DNA of 64,000 nucleotides from Bacteroidales bacterium (GTDB lineage Bacteria; Bacteroidota; Bacteroidia; Bacteroidales; WCHB1-69): NCBI GenBank assembly GCA_045616665.1, contig JAZLHE010000098.1, positions 8,034 to 72,033 of the forward strand, read 5' to 3'. Shown piece by piece: positions 62,853 to 64,000 of this stretch (position 1 is its first letter; each line of letters starts with the position of its first letter). The notes under the pieces were generated by a model. It saw only the letters and a program-made list of their open reading frames with translations, ran no database searches and was not told where the DNA came from. The position numbers and the translations under genes were made by a program.

Positions 62853-63656
62853 TTAGTCCCGAACACAACGGACACTTAACCCTTCGTGCTTAACGTAGTA
62901 GTTTCTGTTCACGTTGGCACTGTTGCTGTATAAGTAGCGGCCGAAGGCGCCGAGGCTAGCGCCCTGCGTAGCCGACCAAAAGCGCGCGCAGCCGCCGAAA
63001 GTGTTGTAGTTACCGTCGTAGAAGCCCGCAGGAACAGCAGAAAAGCCCGTGGCATTGTTGGCAGACGGGTTGTTGCCAGGGGTACAAGTGTTATCGTCGC
63101 TGATCCACCCTGTAGTAGAGGCCAACGCCTTGGCTATGTATGTGTTGTTGCCACCACACACGTACTGGCTCTGACTGCTCACATAGTCAGTCAGCTGCGT
63201 CCACTCCGCATCACTCGGCACGTGCCAGCCGTTTGGACAGATGCCCTGCACCCCGCTGGGATTACTGCCGGAAGAGGAAGAATTGTGCATCATCGCTGGC
63301 CAGTTGTACAGATAGCCGTATGTGCTCACATTGTCACTGTTATTATTGGGACAATAACGATAAGCGACATCATACGACCCAGTGCTTCCCATTGGTATCG
63401 TTGTGCCATCTGCGTACTTCGTCGTGCGTAGGTTTTCCGCCATCCACACCTGGTTGCCCAACTTCACCGCATCGTAGGTGTTGCCGTCAATGTCCGTCAC
63501 CGCATTTTTTATTATCTCGTCGCCGGAAGGTATTTCCACGTTCCCCTCAGAAGGGTTATCGCCACTCTGCGTCGTTACTTTTTCCTTCTTGCAGGAACCC
63601 ATTACCACTACGATGGCAAAGGCCATCGACATAATTGTAAACATTCTTCTTTTCAT
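62853..63656 (-). CDS. Lipoprotein with a Fibrobacter succinogenes major paralogous (FISUMP) domain
   Basis: Lipoprotein signal (...VVMGSC). VWMAENLRTTKYADGT, YGYLYNW, CPNGWHVPSDAEWTQL, GFSAVPAG, FWSAT and GLSVRCVRD are the classic FISUMP blocks. The gene is visibly GC-richer than its surroundings. Confidence 0.88.
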   Translation of the reverse strand: MKRRMFTIMSMAFAIVVVMGSCKKEKVTTQSGDNPSEGNVEIPSGDEIIKNAVTDIDGNTYDAVKLGNQVWMAENLRTTKYADGTTIPMGSTGSYDVAYRYCPNNNSDNVSTYGYLYNWPAMMHNSSSSGSNPSGVQGICPNGWHVPSDAEWTQLTDYVSSQSQYVCGGNNTYIAKALASTTGWISDDNTCTPGNNPSANNATGFSAVPAGFYDGNYNTFGGCARFWSATQGASLGAFGRYLYSNSANVNRNYYVKHEGLSVRCVRD

Positions 63657-63774
63657 AGTTCTTTATTTTTTTGATGATTCATTTTTAATACTATCACCCC
63701 CACTGACACCCGAACTTGTTTACAAGGAGATGAATTTTCATCCTACTCGCAACCTTCTCGCCTTCTCCTCGCAG

Positions 63775-63875
63775 CACCCCGCGCTTGCCTTTCACCGCCC
63801 GCTCCGCAGGATATATTAGCCGTAAGTGACCTAAAAGCAATTCTAAGCCCTAATCCCTACACCCTCAACCCTAAT
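63775..63875 (-). repeat. Conserved 3'-flank element, copy 2
   Basis: The minus strand after the stop of the partial FISUMP gene reads TAA at TAGGGTT GAGGGTG TAGGGAT TAGGGCT TAGAA..., followed by the same GC-rich segment as copy 1. Confidence 0.85.
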
Positions 63876-64000
63876 TTAGTCCCGAAGACACCGGACACTA
63901 TATCCATAGCCCATAATGCTGTTAAAATGCCTGAGCACGCTGGTGTAGTAATAACCAATAATTCGGCTAAAGGCGTAATAACTACCACTTTGCGTGGCTG
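63876..64000 (-). CDS. Second FISUMP-domain protein, C-terminal end only (gene runs off the right edge)
   Basis: Hand translation of the minus strand gives ...ATQSGSYYAFSRIIGYYYTSVLRHFNSIMGYGYSVRCLRD followed by TAA at 63878..63876. Not in the ORF track because it is open at the window edge. Confidence 0.8.
   Translation of the reverse strand, partial: ATQSGSYYAFSRIIGYYYTSVLRHFNSIMGYGYSVRCLRD

Noticed and set aside
62648-62893. 81-aa plus-strand ORF (GTG start) in the GC-rich patch, and 63478..63819 (113 aa).
   Set aside because: Both run through the repeated non-coding 3' element and into the antisense of the FISUMP gene. They are open only because of GC richness.
62751-64000. Diversity-generating retroelement target: GC-rich element plus hairpin right after the C-terminus of lectin-like FISUMP genes, reminiscent of a VR/IMH arrangement.
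   Set aside because: The two gene ends are alike only over the last ~24 nt, so there is no VR/TR-like near-identical ~100-nt tract differing at adenines. No reverse transcriptase or template repeat lies in the window. An RT beyond the right edge cannot be excluded.

Overview
This window reads as a chromosomal segment of a Bacteroidota (Bacteroidales-like) genome around dnaA. Three observations support that placement. Type IX secretion C-terminal sorting domains are present. TAnnTTTG -7 promoter boxes precede many genes. The gene order yidC / PUR-like / parA / parB / DUF5683-like / dapB / lepB is typical of the group. About 58 protein-coding genes can be supported, and most are housekeeping: partial ABC-F, ridA, gdhA, recJ, dnaA, pssA, nfeD, ribBA, lepB, dapB, parAB, yidC, htpG, feoAB, an amidase, an lptD-like gene, an ECF sigma factor, glmM, glyA, a sigma-54 activator, secG and a cysteine desulfurase. 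I recognised no rRNA, tRNA, CRISPR array, transposase or integrase; every intergenic gap longer than about 140 bp was read by eye.

Five things deserve a second look.
1. An apparent operon at 32.3-41.1 kb has two divergent GAPDH-family genes bracketing a 1365-aa protein. Its C-terminus is a pyruvate-phosphate-dikinase ATP-grasp plus phosphohistidine module with no PEP/pyruvate domain. Its roughly 875-aa N-terminus is unrecognisable. The set runs straight into feoAB.
2. Four loci carry period-7 nucleotide repeats that begin within a few nt of a stop codon, and nearly every unit contains a stop triplet. One is a perfectly phased 27-unit array upstream of glyA. Two are telomere-like or G-quadruplex-like elements after tandem FISUMP lipoprotein genes.
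3. A TonB-dependent-type outer-membrane protein is followed by two paralogous OB-like surface lipoproteins and sits next to a divergent EEP nuclease. A T9SS cargo protein nearby shares the same module.
4. A well-spaced sigma-54 type -24/-12 element and a 19-bp perfect palindrome lie upstream of htpG.
5. A frameshifted, N-terminally truncated Fic gene remnant lies next to GC-rich non-coding patches.

All calls rest on reading the sequence and the ORF track. No database search or computation was run.
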